Source of the DNA: Trichosphaerium sp. ATCC 40318
Lineage: Eukaryota; Protista; Tubulinea
Reading direction: 5' to 3'
Assembly: GCA_038496445.1 (NCBI GenBank)
Contig: JALMLS010000564.1
Location: forward strand, 124,001-188,000
DNA: 64,000 bases
The position numbers and the translations under genes are program-made. The first letter of the stretch is position 1. The number at the start of each line of letters is the position of its first letter. A model generated the notes under the pieces. It had not been told where the DNA came from. It saw only the letters and a list, made by a program, of their open reading frames with translations, and made no database searches. Positions 12,025 to 26,400 of the stretch are shown in pieces.

Positions 12025-13557
12025 ATGGCTGTACGTGGGAGATATCAATACCGGCCTTCGAAGTCGCAGGCACCACAATATGGTAGTGGAGACGTTATCA
12101 GATTCCCCAAGATACCGTTTAGACCGATTAGAGGAAAGTCTGACCCAAGAGGGCCATACGCGTTCTTAAGCAATCACAGCATTACGCCTTTCTCTGTGGA
12201 TGGCGTTACGTACAAATCCGTTGAACATTACTACCAAAGCCACAAATTCGAAGATGACGCTTACAAGAAGTCTATAATTAATGCTACAACCGTACAAGAA
12301 GCCCATCGCCTTGGTAGATCGAGAGCAAAGCGAATCGTTTCCAATTGGGAGGAAATAAAGGTAGATCAGCTTATTTAACACGGCCTTATATTAGTTAACA
12401 CATTGCAATAGGTAGAAGTCATGTGGCGCGCCTTAACAGCCAAATTCTCTGTTCCGAAGCTAAAGAAAGCTTTACTGCGTACAGGCACAAAGACTCTCGT
12501 TTTGAACTCCCATGATGATAAATTCTGGGGAACAGGGAGCGCACGTGTGCCAGGAGGATGTAATGAACTTGGTAGATTGCTCATGTTGATAAGAAGACAA
12601 TTATCTTCAAATAGTGCATTAGAGTACAAAGAAGGCAGTTTTAATATTGCTATTAAGGAAGAATCACGTGATTACTTACAAATAGCTTGGAATGCTATGG
12701 AGACCTACAAAGGTTCTGTACAAGTTATAGAACCGAAAGGAAAAACAGAAGTGAGGGTTATGTCTGACAACGTACATTTTTTCTGTCAACCTATAAAAAG
12801 GAAGCCAACCGGACGGGGAGCACCAAAGGGACACTGGCTATCTAATGTTATTGGTGTACTGAAATTAGTCAAGACAGTTGATCCTGATGTACAGTTTATT
12901 CAAGAAGGGAAGATGAATAAACAGTTTGAGGATGGAATGAGAGGAATGGGTTATAAGTATAGTACAAAGTCACATGTTTCCTTGAACATGTTCAATGCTG
13001 CTTACTCAAAAACTCCTTTTGTATATAATGGTGAAGTTCAATTCGCACTTGATCCTATCAAGAGAGAGAAACGCTCAGCAGTTGAAGTTGTTATGAGCGC
13101 AGGAGAATCAAAGAAGGTCATTAGGATGTTTGGAGCACATTTAGATGTTTATGATGATACTGAGAAGACAAGATTGGCTCAAGTCAAAGATGTCCAAAAT
13201 GCTATCCAAAAAACATCACGTGATTCTGATATGACGTTGTTTCTTGGTGATTTTAATAGTCTACGGTATAAGGACCATACAGAAGAGGAATGGAATACAA
13301 TTAAGAGAAGTTACAAAATGCGAAATTGCACACCAACGTCACTTGTTACAAATCATTTGGAGAAGTCTGGATGGGTTGATTGCTTTGTTGCTAAAAATAA
13401 CATTCCTCCATTCACGTGCTGGAATGGTACACGTGTTGATTATGCTTATGTAGATTGTACGTCTTCTATGAAGGTAGACAATGTAGCAAGGTGTTTTGTA
13501 GCACATAGTCGGTCTTCAGACCACGCGGCAATTGTTGTTGATATAAAAACTGATTAA
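12025..13557 (+). CDS. NADAR (YbiA-like) domain fused to an endonuclease/exonuclease/phosphatase (EEP) domain
   Basis: One phase-0 intron (12361-12410). NADAR motifs: FLSN, YKSVEHYYQSHKF, AHRLGR, W, M..AL.AKF, LL.TG, DKFWG, NELGRLLM.IR. EEP motifs: MSDNV, IQE, GAHLD, LGDFNS, RVDY, SDH. Confidence 0.9.
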
Positions 13558-13728
13558 CAAATGAACTTGTCGTGATACGATAGTATCACGTGTTTCAACG
13601 ATTGATAACTAATTTTATTTTGTTTCAATGTCAAATATTCAAGCGTAGATTGACATCGACAGAACCCAAAATCCTCAGTCAAGTCTTCACAATTCAATTC
13701 TTGGCCATAACCAAACGATAACTCTACG

Positions 13729-16211
13729 ATGCGTATCATCATACTTTTCGCCCTAGTGGCTCTCGCTTATAGTGTACCCGTACCGAACAAACGTCAGTTG
13801 GAGTGGATGGAACTAGAAATCTCTCAGTTTATGCATTACTCTGTTCCTACTTATTGGAACGGTCCTCACGACGAAACGCACGTGTTTTTGTTTCAAAAAC
13901 TGAATATTAGTCCGTTTTCCCTTTATTTTGAAAAAAATTGCGCTTCCAACACGTCATGAGAAGTAGACGTTATTTTCTTCAGTTGGAAAAAAAAAATTAA
14001 CTTTGAGCAATAGGTACCACAATTGTAAGACTACCAAAGTTGATCACAGTAATCAAACAGGCTCCTTTTATCCTTGTCTTGATCCAATACTTTTCGATCC
14101 ACCAGAATTGGATTGCGAGCAATGGGTTCAAGCTTCTATGGCTATGGGAGTTAAAGAAATGTGTCTAACAGCAAAGCACGAAGGAGGTAAAGTTCGAAGT
14201 GATTTTCTTTGGAAAAGTAACTTTGGTTTTTTTTTTAGGTTTTACCTTATGGCACGTGATAGAACCAGTTTTTTGTCTTCCACAAAATTTCCCCTTCATG
14301 CTACAGACCTTTGAGTAGCTTTTTACACGCGTTTCCAACGCGACATGAGTGAATATTTTAACACAAAGAGCTAGAACTTCGTTACTAAGTTGTTGATATT
14401 AGGCCAAGTGAACATACACCTTACGGTGTTAAGATGGCCAAAAACTTCAAAGGCGGTAATGGTGATGTACTCCGCGAATTCGCTGATGCATGTAACAAGT
14501 ACGTACAACGATTGTTGTGAAAGTAGAAAAATGTATTGTTTAATTTTTCGGCGTTAGACATGGCATGAAGATATGCTACTACTTGAATATTGCGAATGAC
14601 GGATACCTTGCCGATTATTTGAAAGTTGGCGCAGACGAGTTCGCAACTAGAACTCTCGGTAAGTAACTAAATTCTTACAGTTGTAAACCTTATTATTTTT
14701 CAGGAATGTTGCAAGAAGTCGTTACCAAGTATGGTCCAGTTAATAGATTCTGGTTTGATGGTACAGCCATATAGCGCTCTAATTACCAACTTACTCTCGT
14801 AAGGAACTCATGACTATCCGCGTGGCACAGGACCAAACGCTTTCCCAGAAGCATGGGCTAAAGCCTACGAAATAATTAGGTATGTCACAACAAATAGATC
14901 TAAGACTTGCAAATCACGTGCTAATGTTTTCAGGACGAATTCTCCTGATACTCTTATATCGCCATATAGAGGAGATATATGCGATTTTAGAAAAGGTGAT
15001 GGCTCCCTGTACATGAGAGATGGTCCTAAACCAAATTCAACCTGGGATGTAAATACATCAAAGGATGATACATTAATGTTAGTTTTACATTCTTGTAATT
15101 TTCTCCAAGATTTTGTTTTTACTTAGCTTATGACTTAGGTGCCAATCTGTTTCTGAAACCGGGAAGTACTTCATACCTTCAGAAGCGCACGGTATTACTT
15201 TTCAACAAGGACTAACTGGCAATGGTAACGGGTAAGCCATACCGCTGTTTTGAAAAAGTAACAAAAACCATCCCAAGGTTTTTTTCTCCTAAATTCTAAA
15301 AACAAATAGGTCACCTACTTTTTGGTTCTATCATCCATGGATAGGACATGCCAATGCTTCTAGGCTTTACAAGGATTGGAAAAATGTTGTCGGACATGGA
15401 AAGGGTATAATAATAAATATACCACCAGCAAGGTATGTACTTTTTGACTGTACCCACGGACAGCTTAGAATATCTTGATTATGGAACATGATCATGTTGT
15501 TGGTAGCACTTTTATACTAATTCCGTTTCTTTAGAAGCGGACAAATGGATCCTGCTTATGTTAAAGTAATGGCAGAGTTTGGACAGGCGAGTGACACAAA
15601 AAGTCGTTTTTTGGCTTGCTAACACTCTTCTAAGGCAATCAAGGACTCATACACTAATCCTATTGCTTCCTTGCCCCCAGTTTCTCAGAAATGTGGCGCA
15701 CCTATAGAAATGACAGTACCAACCGGATCAGTCTTTGATTTAGTGGTGCGTAGTTTATCCAATAAAGATATTTTCTTAATAACCTTTATTTCTAGGTAAC
15801 AGGTGAAGACTTAACACATGGACAGCGTGTTGCAAACTACAGTATTGAATTTCAAAGAAAAGGTACATCATTTCGTTCATAATACGGTGTTGTACGAAAC
15901 AGTTGTTGATATGAATCCTATAGGAAGTGCAAGGTGGGAAGTGTTAGTACCTCCAGGTAATGATTTTCTTCATCTTGTTTTTGAGTCTAACCTCTTTTTT
16001 AGTTCTGAAGAACAAAAACTTACGTGATATACCAAATGGTGATGAGCCTAGAGATAGCAGAATTGGACGTAAGAGGATTGATGTGCCAATTGTTGATGTG
16101 TCTAAGATTGAAGTTGAAAAGATAAGGTTTGTTTGTATTAGCGCCTTTGAAGAGCCTATTTTCATTAAGCAATTCGCTGTGTTTAAAGAAAAGCTACCTT
16201 GGAGTACTTAG
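13729..16211 (+). CDS. Secreted alpha-L-fucosidase (GH29)
   Basis: Signal peptide; P..RQLEW.ELE....MHY, FDPPELDCEQWV, LTAKHEGGFTLWPS, GDVLREFADAC, RFWFDG (nucleophile Asp), WFYHP and VGHG....NIPP. About 14 exons. Confidence 0.92.
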
Positions 16212-16534
16212 GTACTTAAGTTACCTTGCAACTTACTGCACTACCTAACTAATAAACTCCTCATTCAACATTGCCCACGTACCTTCAGCAACTGTTCTTA
16301 AGAGCTTATTATTCTACAATGAAGATATAGTCGAGACAAAACATTGAGCAATGAAACACGTGTTTTTTCCAAGATTTTCTAAAAATTAAGTTTTACGTCT
16401 GTGTGACCGACAAGTGTTTTATTTTCTAACAATAAACATTTAAATTAGTTTCGCTGTGCCAGGTATATACAAATGAGAGCAATAATGGCGTTAATTATGT
16501 ACAAGGCATTGCCCTTTTTGAGGTTATGTTTTTT

Positions 16535-18536
<2,002 letters not shown>

Positions 18537-18624
18537 ATTGCTTTGTCACGAGCGTTGCAGCAGTTGTACCGCAAATAATACCAATTGTTTAAGTCAAAAT
18601 TAGTCTAAAGCAACTTTTACAATC

Positions 18625-20607
18625 ATGGAATACGTTGTAGCGTGTCATAATAGTTATATCAAATGGAGTCCTATTTCTGTTGAGTTGTTTGAGAAAGTTT
18701 ACCCGTTAATGGCATACCGACCGCCTCAACTTGCTTGGGATGGTACATTTAACACGCTTAGATACCGAAAACATTTGACAAACATCCAGAACAACTTCAA
18801 CTGCTTACAAAAACCGAACCACGCGTACCAAGCACTTACAAAGAACTTTCGAAACGAATTGAAGGTATTGACAGTTCACTAACGCTAATTGGCCTACCTA
18901 CTGTTGTATATCAGTTATTTTATATCAGGTATGGCAGAAAACCTGTGGCATTTCGTTTACATTGCTGTTACCAGGGAATATCTGAACGAGCGTCATCAAA
19001 GTGATTTTGGTGTCATATCTCCAGCTGATGCGTTCGATGACGGCTTATACATGCTCTTATGTCCGCCTGTATCCCTAGGTGAGTTCACTAGACCTATTAA
19101 AGAGAAAAACTTACAGTCTCACGCACATGAACTCCTCTCAAAAGCACGTGATTTACATTTTCAAGCTGGTAAGCTTATAAATTCTTGTAGAATGAATATG
19201 TTGGCTTCCTGCACTTTGAACTAAACAATAGAATCATCTGTGCATTGGACAAACTTGGCATTACTGATATTACAATACAAAGTATGCAAGTACTCTTAAA
19301 CAACCTCATTACGGACTTGCGAAAGGCAAGAGCTAAATACTAAACTTCCCTAATAGTACTAGGTGGAAAAAGGATCAGAATCTGATAAGAGTGACGCCTA
19401 TTTTTGGTGGCCGTTGTATAGCGACATGGTTAATGATGCATGTAACGCTAAGTGGTACATTATAGTACGTGATCAACAACACTCATAGAATACATAGGTC
19501 TGATGAAGAGCTACCAGAAAATCTAGAAACTCATCTCAAAACAACATACAAAAATGATTTTATAGGTGACATGGATAGTCTTAAAACTGTACGACAAGTA
19601 CTTTCTTCTTTCGCTCCTTATTGATTCAATAGGCTTGTAAAAACAAAAATGTGGTAATTTAATATTAGACTTGAATACTTAGTTAACGCATTTGTACAGA
19701 CATATGCAAGAGAGTTAGTAGAACGTATTGGAGAAAAATATCACAACGGAATTTACTATGCGATTCTTGTTGATGCGTTTTGTCCTTGTATATTTAACTA
19801 TGTTGGCAATGTTACAAGTGATGTAAGTGCATACTTGTACGTAACAGTAATTGCATTAACTAGAGCATAGAACATACGCAAGTTGATGCGAGAGGTTGAT
19901 TTGTATGAAAAAGTTGATACTTGTGTTGCTTGTTTTCGACGCTCCGGCTTTATTGTTGAATCCGTAATAAGAGCGTGTATGGAAACAGAAATGCGTATTG
20001 GTTCATCAAACAATATTTTACTTTATAGAGGAACAACAACCATTTCAGACGATGACGTAGTAAGCAAGCATTCCTCTAGTAAGTCGGATAAATTTATTTT
20101 AAGTTCAAGTTTGGCTGACTTTCTTTATACTCTAACGTTGCCAAACTACATTCACTATCGTTCGGTTATAATATTTTCAGTGGTATATTTCACGATGAAA
20201 CAGCTGTACCGTATATTCACATGGTGAGTATCGAAGATATTCGTACCTAATACTCTTTTTCGTAGATTACTAAAAATGGATACATACTCGAACTTACAAA
20301 GCATCAAGCAGAAAAATATATGTTCCTGCCTCCAACGAATACAATTCTGTCAATGCAAGCTATTGGTGAATTTGTACATCCAAGAACAAAGGTATGCAAC
20401 CTCTTTTTTTGTTTTTGCAAGTTTTTTATTTCTTTTTTGTTTTAGGTTCACATTCCTGCAGCTCATGCTGGTAGACGTGATCAGTTTATATCAGGAATAT
20501 TAGGTTGCTCATATGCGCGTGTACCCGCATATGTATTGGCAACACAGGACGCGTTGTTTGATTTCAGACGTACACTTCAAGAAAACGCTTTAAACTTTGA
20601 GTACTAG
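18625..20607 (+). CDS. Hypothetical protein with a C-terminal ADP-ribosyltransferase-like (R-S-E) motif set
   Basis: About 11 exons. The C-terminal region reads LLYRG...HSLSFGYNIFSGIFHD...FLPP...IGEFVHPRTK. Including SLSFG requires the GT-TG intron 20079-20140. Confidence 0.6.
20079..20140 (+). other. Candidate non-canonical GT-TG intron
   Basis: Perfect GTAAGT donor (phase 1) and intron end CTAACGTTG. There is no AG between the in-frame TGA at 20116 and the SLSFG codons. Confidence 0.55.
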
Positions 20608-20742
20608 CGCGTAGCTTTAATACTATGCTGCTCCTACATTCTCTGAAGGGTATTGATCAAGCCATATGTTTTTCGGTATTCTGGAATTGAGTTTAAGCCA
20701 GAGACTTTCGCCAGTTCGGAATAATTTCGGGGTGATGACACA

Positions 20743-23106
20743 ATGGCTCACACAATTTATTTCATAGCGTTTTTGCTTATTTTAGGCGCCAGCTACGCGC
20801 TAGAAGGCATTTGCGAGCCTTACAGACATAACTTTTTGGGAAAAGCTAGCCTTTGTGACCAGGTTATTGTAAATGGCTCCCTTGTATTTGTACCATCAGG
20901 AGATAGCATGACGAGCCTTTACAGGTAAATGACGCGACATGGCTAAAACAGAAACTAAAATATTTTTAGTATAATAGAAACATTACAACCGTTTGCGCCT
21001 TTAGCAACTGAAGAGTGTTTAACGTTTGGTTCACGATTTGTTTGCACATCTTCGTTTGAAGCGTGCTTAACAGCCACTGGAGGTACGAATAGTATTAAAA
21101 TAACGTAAATACGCAATAAAAAACGCTGTAACCATTTCGTATTGTTTCCTTTTTCTGATGTTTTACCTCTTAGAGCACACCACGCCTTGCAGAGCTGACT
21201 GTGACAAATTCAAAGTTATTTGCGCAACGGAGTTGTCGCTCGTTGGTCTAAATATCGATTGCGCGAATTTAACCTTCGATAGTGCTGAGTGTACTACTAG
21301 TAACACTACAGGTACACTTTAAGACGAAAAAACCCGTAAAAAGGCCTAAACCAAAGTAGGAAATGATACTTCAATTTTCATTGACTGCCCAGATACACTG
21401 TTTTATGATCCACGCGCAAGAGGTGCTGATATTGGAGAACCAAGATGCAACGCTTGTCCTCCACCTATATTCTCAGGTGCGTAAAAACCTAAGATGATTC
21501 TGATGTTCGCCCTTTTTTGTTTGTTTTGGATTGTACTAATATGGAAATAGAAACAACATGGACTGGTCTTCATATATTTGTTGTTATATTATGTGGTATT
21601 GGTTTTCTTGCTCAATGCTTCTCGTTGGTCATAGCTTTATCGAACAAAAGGTAAACAACTTTATTTTCTTCGGAAAAGAAAAGAAACTTGAAACAATATG
21701 AGATTGTTAAGTCATTGATTTTAGATACTTTGAGTTTTCGTCACATTTCTGGCTGATATATATCATTGACTCCTTACTCACTTGCCTTATCGGTTTTTTG
21801 GGTGCACTGGCGCCTAATAGAGTATTTTGTGAGTCAGCATCCAGAAGTGCTACACATATATACGCACCTTGTGTTGTTCAAGGTACGTACCACGTACAAA
21901 ACTGATGTATGTTCTCGTGGCTGACGTATTCCTTTAAGGTTTTTTGTTGACCCTTTTTGTTGACCAAACATTCATTTCTTGGGCGGCACATGCGTGTACT
22001 ATTGTTTACTCGATGCACAGACGAGGAAAGCTTTCACCAACAACTTCACTACCTGCATGGTATCGATATGTAAGTTTTTTTGTTTTGGTTGTACAGTCAG
22101 TATGTACTTAATTTTGTATCTTCTAGTCTGTTCATGCTATTATTTGGATATTACCTGCCGTTCTTGCTGTAATAGCAGCTGCATCAGGGAGTATAGAATC
22201 GGGTTATTTTGCATGTTTTGGTAAGTAATGTTGAGATGTTTAGAATTCCTAAAATTAACAATGTGTTTAGCATTTAGGTCACCTGGTAGATGGCTTCTTG
22301 TGTTCGGATTCCCTTGTCTACCATCTGTTCTCATAGCTACTGTTTGCTTATTGTACATTGTATACAAACTCTACGTACGGGTTACCTTCTATCTTTTGAT
22401 TTGATTGCTTTTTCATTGTGTTTACTTTCCTGCTTTAGTATGGTGCCAGTACAAACAAGCGTGCTTTTATTAAAGTCACGTGGTCTGTTATTGTAGTATT
22501 GAGTACTTACTGGATAGTATTCGTAGTAGCACTTATTGAGAGGGTATGGATTGATCTAGTTGGTTCTAAACAGATTATTGCTGCAATAAATGATTATTAT
22601 TTTTGTGTACTTACACAACCTGTATCACAATGTGGACATGTTAGAGATCAAGCTAAAGGTTACTTAGTTGCATTTACAATTGCAATTATTGTTACCTTTG
22701 GTAATGGTGTATACTTCTTGCCTATGTGGTTTGCGCAATCGTACGTTTCTCACTTGTTTCTTCTTTTTTTTTCAACTTTTTTGGTTGTTGTTCGCTTTGG
22801 GCTTACTGGATTTGTTTCAGACGTTTCAGGCAATCGTTTAGATCTCTATTTCGTATTAGAAAGCCAGGCGTCTCCTCACCTAAAACACATCGTACGGAGT
22901 CTTGGGGTATTGTTACTGCTCCTGCTACTACAACTGTTGAGATTGGAAGTGAAGATGAATCATCATCTTTACCTAATGAGGCTATAGATACTCGGACTAG
23001 CAAAGAGTTTATCTTTGTTTCTGAAGATGATGATACTAGTATATCAGGTGAAACTACAGTTAGTCTTCGTTCGAGGATAGAGAAAAATGAAACAAAAAAA
23101 AACTAA
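20743..23106 (+). CDS. Frizzled/Smoothened-like GPCR (Cys-rich domain plus 7TM)
   Basis: Signal peptide; CRD (CEPY..LC, EECL..FVC...F..C, PCRADC.....C); linker CP..L...C..CPPP; FC...PCVVQG at TM3; seven hydrophobic helices; Ser/Thr-rich tail. Confidence 0.85.
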
Positions 23107-23494
23107 CTCTACCCAAAAACAAATATTGTAAATGTAATACTATTGTAATTTTCGAGCTGTCAGTTATTTTTTTTCCAACATCCTATCCCTTTCTTGTGCC
23201 ACAGTATGCTGCTTATTTTGTATTATCATTTGTATTGGTTCTGTAATATGTCAGCTTAGCAACAACGGAATTTGAACCGATTTATCGTTGGTTAACTTGT
23301 TGTTTTGTAGCACATGATTAACTGGTCTAATTCAAGGAATTGTTTTGTTGTTTATTGTTGTGGCTTGGTTTCCAAACATTGTTGGATATTAGGTCATGCT
23401 TTCTAGCTTCAACATAAATGAATAGAGTCTCGAGGAAATACTGTTTTTATTTTTTTTTTGTCATGTTTATTTTTTATTGCTATGAATTCTAGCT

Positions 23495-26400
23495 TTAAAC
23501 TAAGCCCATTGCTGAAGCTTGCTTTGTTAGACCTCCGCAGTTAGCTACTGAATTGCGGATATCACCTAAAATGTACGTTATGACAGCAGCAAGAAAGCAA
23601 AAAGAAATGTCTCTTTTGACGTACAAAACCACATGTCTCGCTCTTTCTGATTACACGTCATTCGCCATACTTCTTTACTGAATACTAAGCTCAGCTTCTT
23701 CTTATCCTTTTCTTGAACAACTCCCTTAACATCCTTAAGATCAACTTGTGTCTAAAAAAGAAACATAAGCAAAACACAGCAAGCTACAGTCTTAAAAAGC
23801 ATTTGGCGGAAAGTCATGATTTCGTTTGGTTTCTTCTTTTTTTCTTGTTTTGTACCAAAAATGTGAAGGGTTTATCGTTTGGATCACTTTGTTTCTCAGA
23901 TGTAGCAAATACAAGGCAATCGTCAAATAAGAATGCATATTGGTTCTGTTTCTTTGATGCTATACGTTTTGCTAAGCTCATAGCATGATGCGAAGATTCA
24001 ATTGGCTTGGACTAAAGTATAAGCAGAGATTACGTTTATCTATCTACGGAAAAGATACGTACAGAAATATTCACTTGTTGTGTCTTTACTACATCAACTT
24101 TTTTTATTGATAGCAGTCCATCGCGAATATATGTACGTCCCATAACAAGGATATTAACACCGCCGTACATGGACTCAGATATAGATAACACTACGTACAA
24201 ATTAAAAAAGAACCAAAACCAAAAAATAATAAAAACAAACTTGTCATTTCGTTACCTTTTTCAGCGTTTCTTCCAGCAGTAGGATCTATATTTCTATTAA
24301 GTTCTGTCAACTTGTCTTCCATGTAAGTTATGGCTTTTTCAACAACCTCTTGAGTATCCAAGTCATCCTTTGTGTACTACAACTGAATTAACAACTATAA
24401 AAAAAATCACGTGATTTTGCACGTGAAACTAATTACTGTTGTGGTTTAAAGATGATTTACCTTTTTAAGTTGCTTCAAAAGAAGAACATATCGCGGTAGA
24501 CGTTGAACTGGCATTACAATAAAAGAGTTTAAGGTAAGCATAGTACTTTGAAGCAAGTCTGTTTCGAATTTCGTAACACGTTCTTCAAAAGGAAGATACT
24601 TTTTCTGAAGACCATGTGAATAGACTACCGCTGTATGATACGATGATAAATATGTTTCGTAATGTTGAAGGAAGCGGGTTTGCTCCAAGAAAACCTGCAA
24701 ACGATTTGGTCAGCCAAAGAAAAAAAGTTCCAACTTAAAAATAACAACTCACTTCAGCTACACGTTTTGTACTTCCAATGTACTGTGCTATCTTCCTATT
24801 TTGTAATGTTAGGGTTAATTGTTTTTACATTAAGTTTTAGTACCTCAAGAACCACTTGTGGTCCTTTAGAATTTGTTCTATGTTCAAGAAAGCGCTTTCG
24901 CATTCATCTTTTGTCATAAATCCAGCTTGTTTTATAGGTTTTACTAAGTGTGTAACAACGTGATTTAAACTCGTAATGTAACTTCTTTCTGTAGAAAGCA
25001 ACTCATCTATAACACGCCTTTGAATAGTCAAAGCGGCCAGTTGATGTGTAGTTTCAGATCTAGTGAAGAAAGTCAGTCAAAGCAAAAAACAAAGACAAAA
25101 GAAAGAAACTCAGCAGTCCGTTCGTACCTAACTCTGGTTTCTGTCACGGGCTCCGGTATTGCTTTCTTAACTACTACAGGAGACGCAGGTCTATTGAATA
25201 TACTTGATAGGAGAGGACGCTCAGCCTTAGATTTCTTTGTAACTCTTGTTTTGAGATTGCTTCTAACTTTTAGCGCTTCTTCCATGCTTCTTGCTCTATC
25301 CAGGTTTGCAGGTTTTTCAAGCTTTACATCTTCACTTGCTTTCGCCAGTTCTTCCAAGCTTGGTGATGAAACGCTATGTGGTATACTTGTTCCGTTCTCG
25401 TCTTGGCTTGCATTTGGGGACTTGGTTCCTGCTCCAGGTTCTTCTAGTTTTTCTGCTTGTTCTTCTTTTTTAGTTGGCTCTTTAGGATCTTCTTTTTTAG
25501 GCTCTACAACTTCTGGTACTGGTTTTGATTCAGGTATTGGTTCCTCTTTCTTGGGTTCTGAAACAACAGCTGGATCGCCTTTTGGAATATCAACAGATGA
25601 GTTTTTAGGTGTTTTTCTATGCTTCTTTTTGGATTCTCCTTTTTTTCCATCCTACGTGAACTGTTAAATAGAAACGATGTATACAACAATACTCACCCCG
25701 CGATGGTGTTTAGCAGATGGATCACCTCTTGGTATATCAACAGCTGAGTTTTTAGGTGTTTTTCTGTGCTTCTTTTTGGATTCTCCTTTTTTTCCATCCT
25801 TTTTATTCTTTCAAAAAAGTTAACTTAGGATCTATGAAGAACAGAAGACAAACAAACAATACTTACACTCTTCTTTAAGCGCTTCTTTTCTTTGTGTTCT
25901 TTATGTCCTTTATTATCCAGTGGCTATTACGCGATCAGTTAGAGTTAAAAGGTGCATGGAAATCAAAGAAACGTACTGTATCAGCAGTGACATTTCCTTT
26001 TGACTTTGTATGTTTTATACGCTTCTTTTTTGAACTTTTAAGTTTCTTATCCTTTTCTTTGTGACCTTTCTTTTTACCCCTCTTTTTCTTAGGTTCCTGT
26101 ATAACTGGCTTATCTACAGGCTTTTGATCTACCTTGTCAATTTTCTCTTCGGCAGAAGTAGGATCTTGGACTTCATTGTCTGTTTTTTGGTCTTGTGGCT
26201 CTTTCACAATAGGAGTATCTGTCTGTTCTGTAGAAGTATCAGAATCGTCACTTTGTCCGGATTTAATAGGTTCTTTAGAGTCTGTAGCAGGCTCCTTAGA
26301 AACAACATCATTTGTATGCTCTTGTACTGAATCCTTTGGTTCAACTGTACTTGTATCAGCAACTTTATCACCGTCAACAGGCTTATCATCACCATCAACA

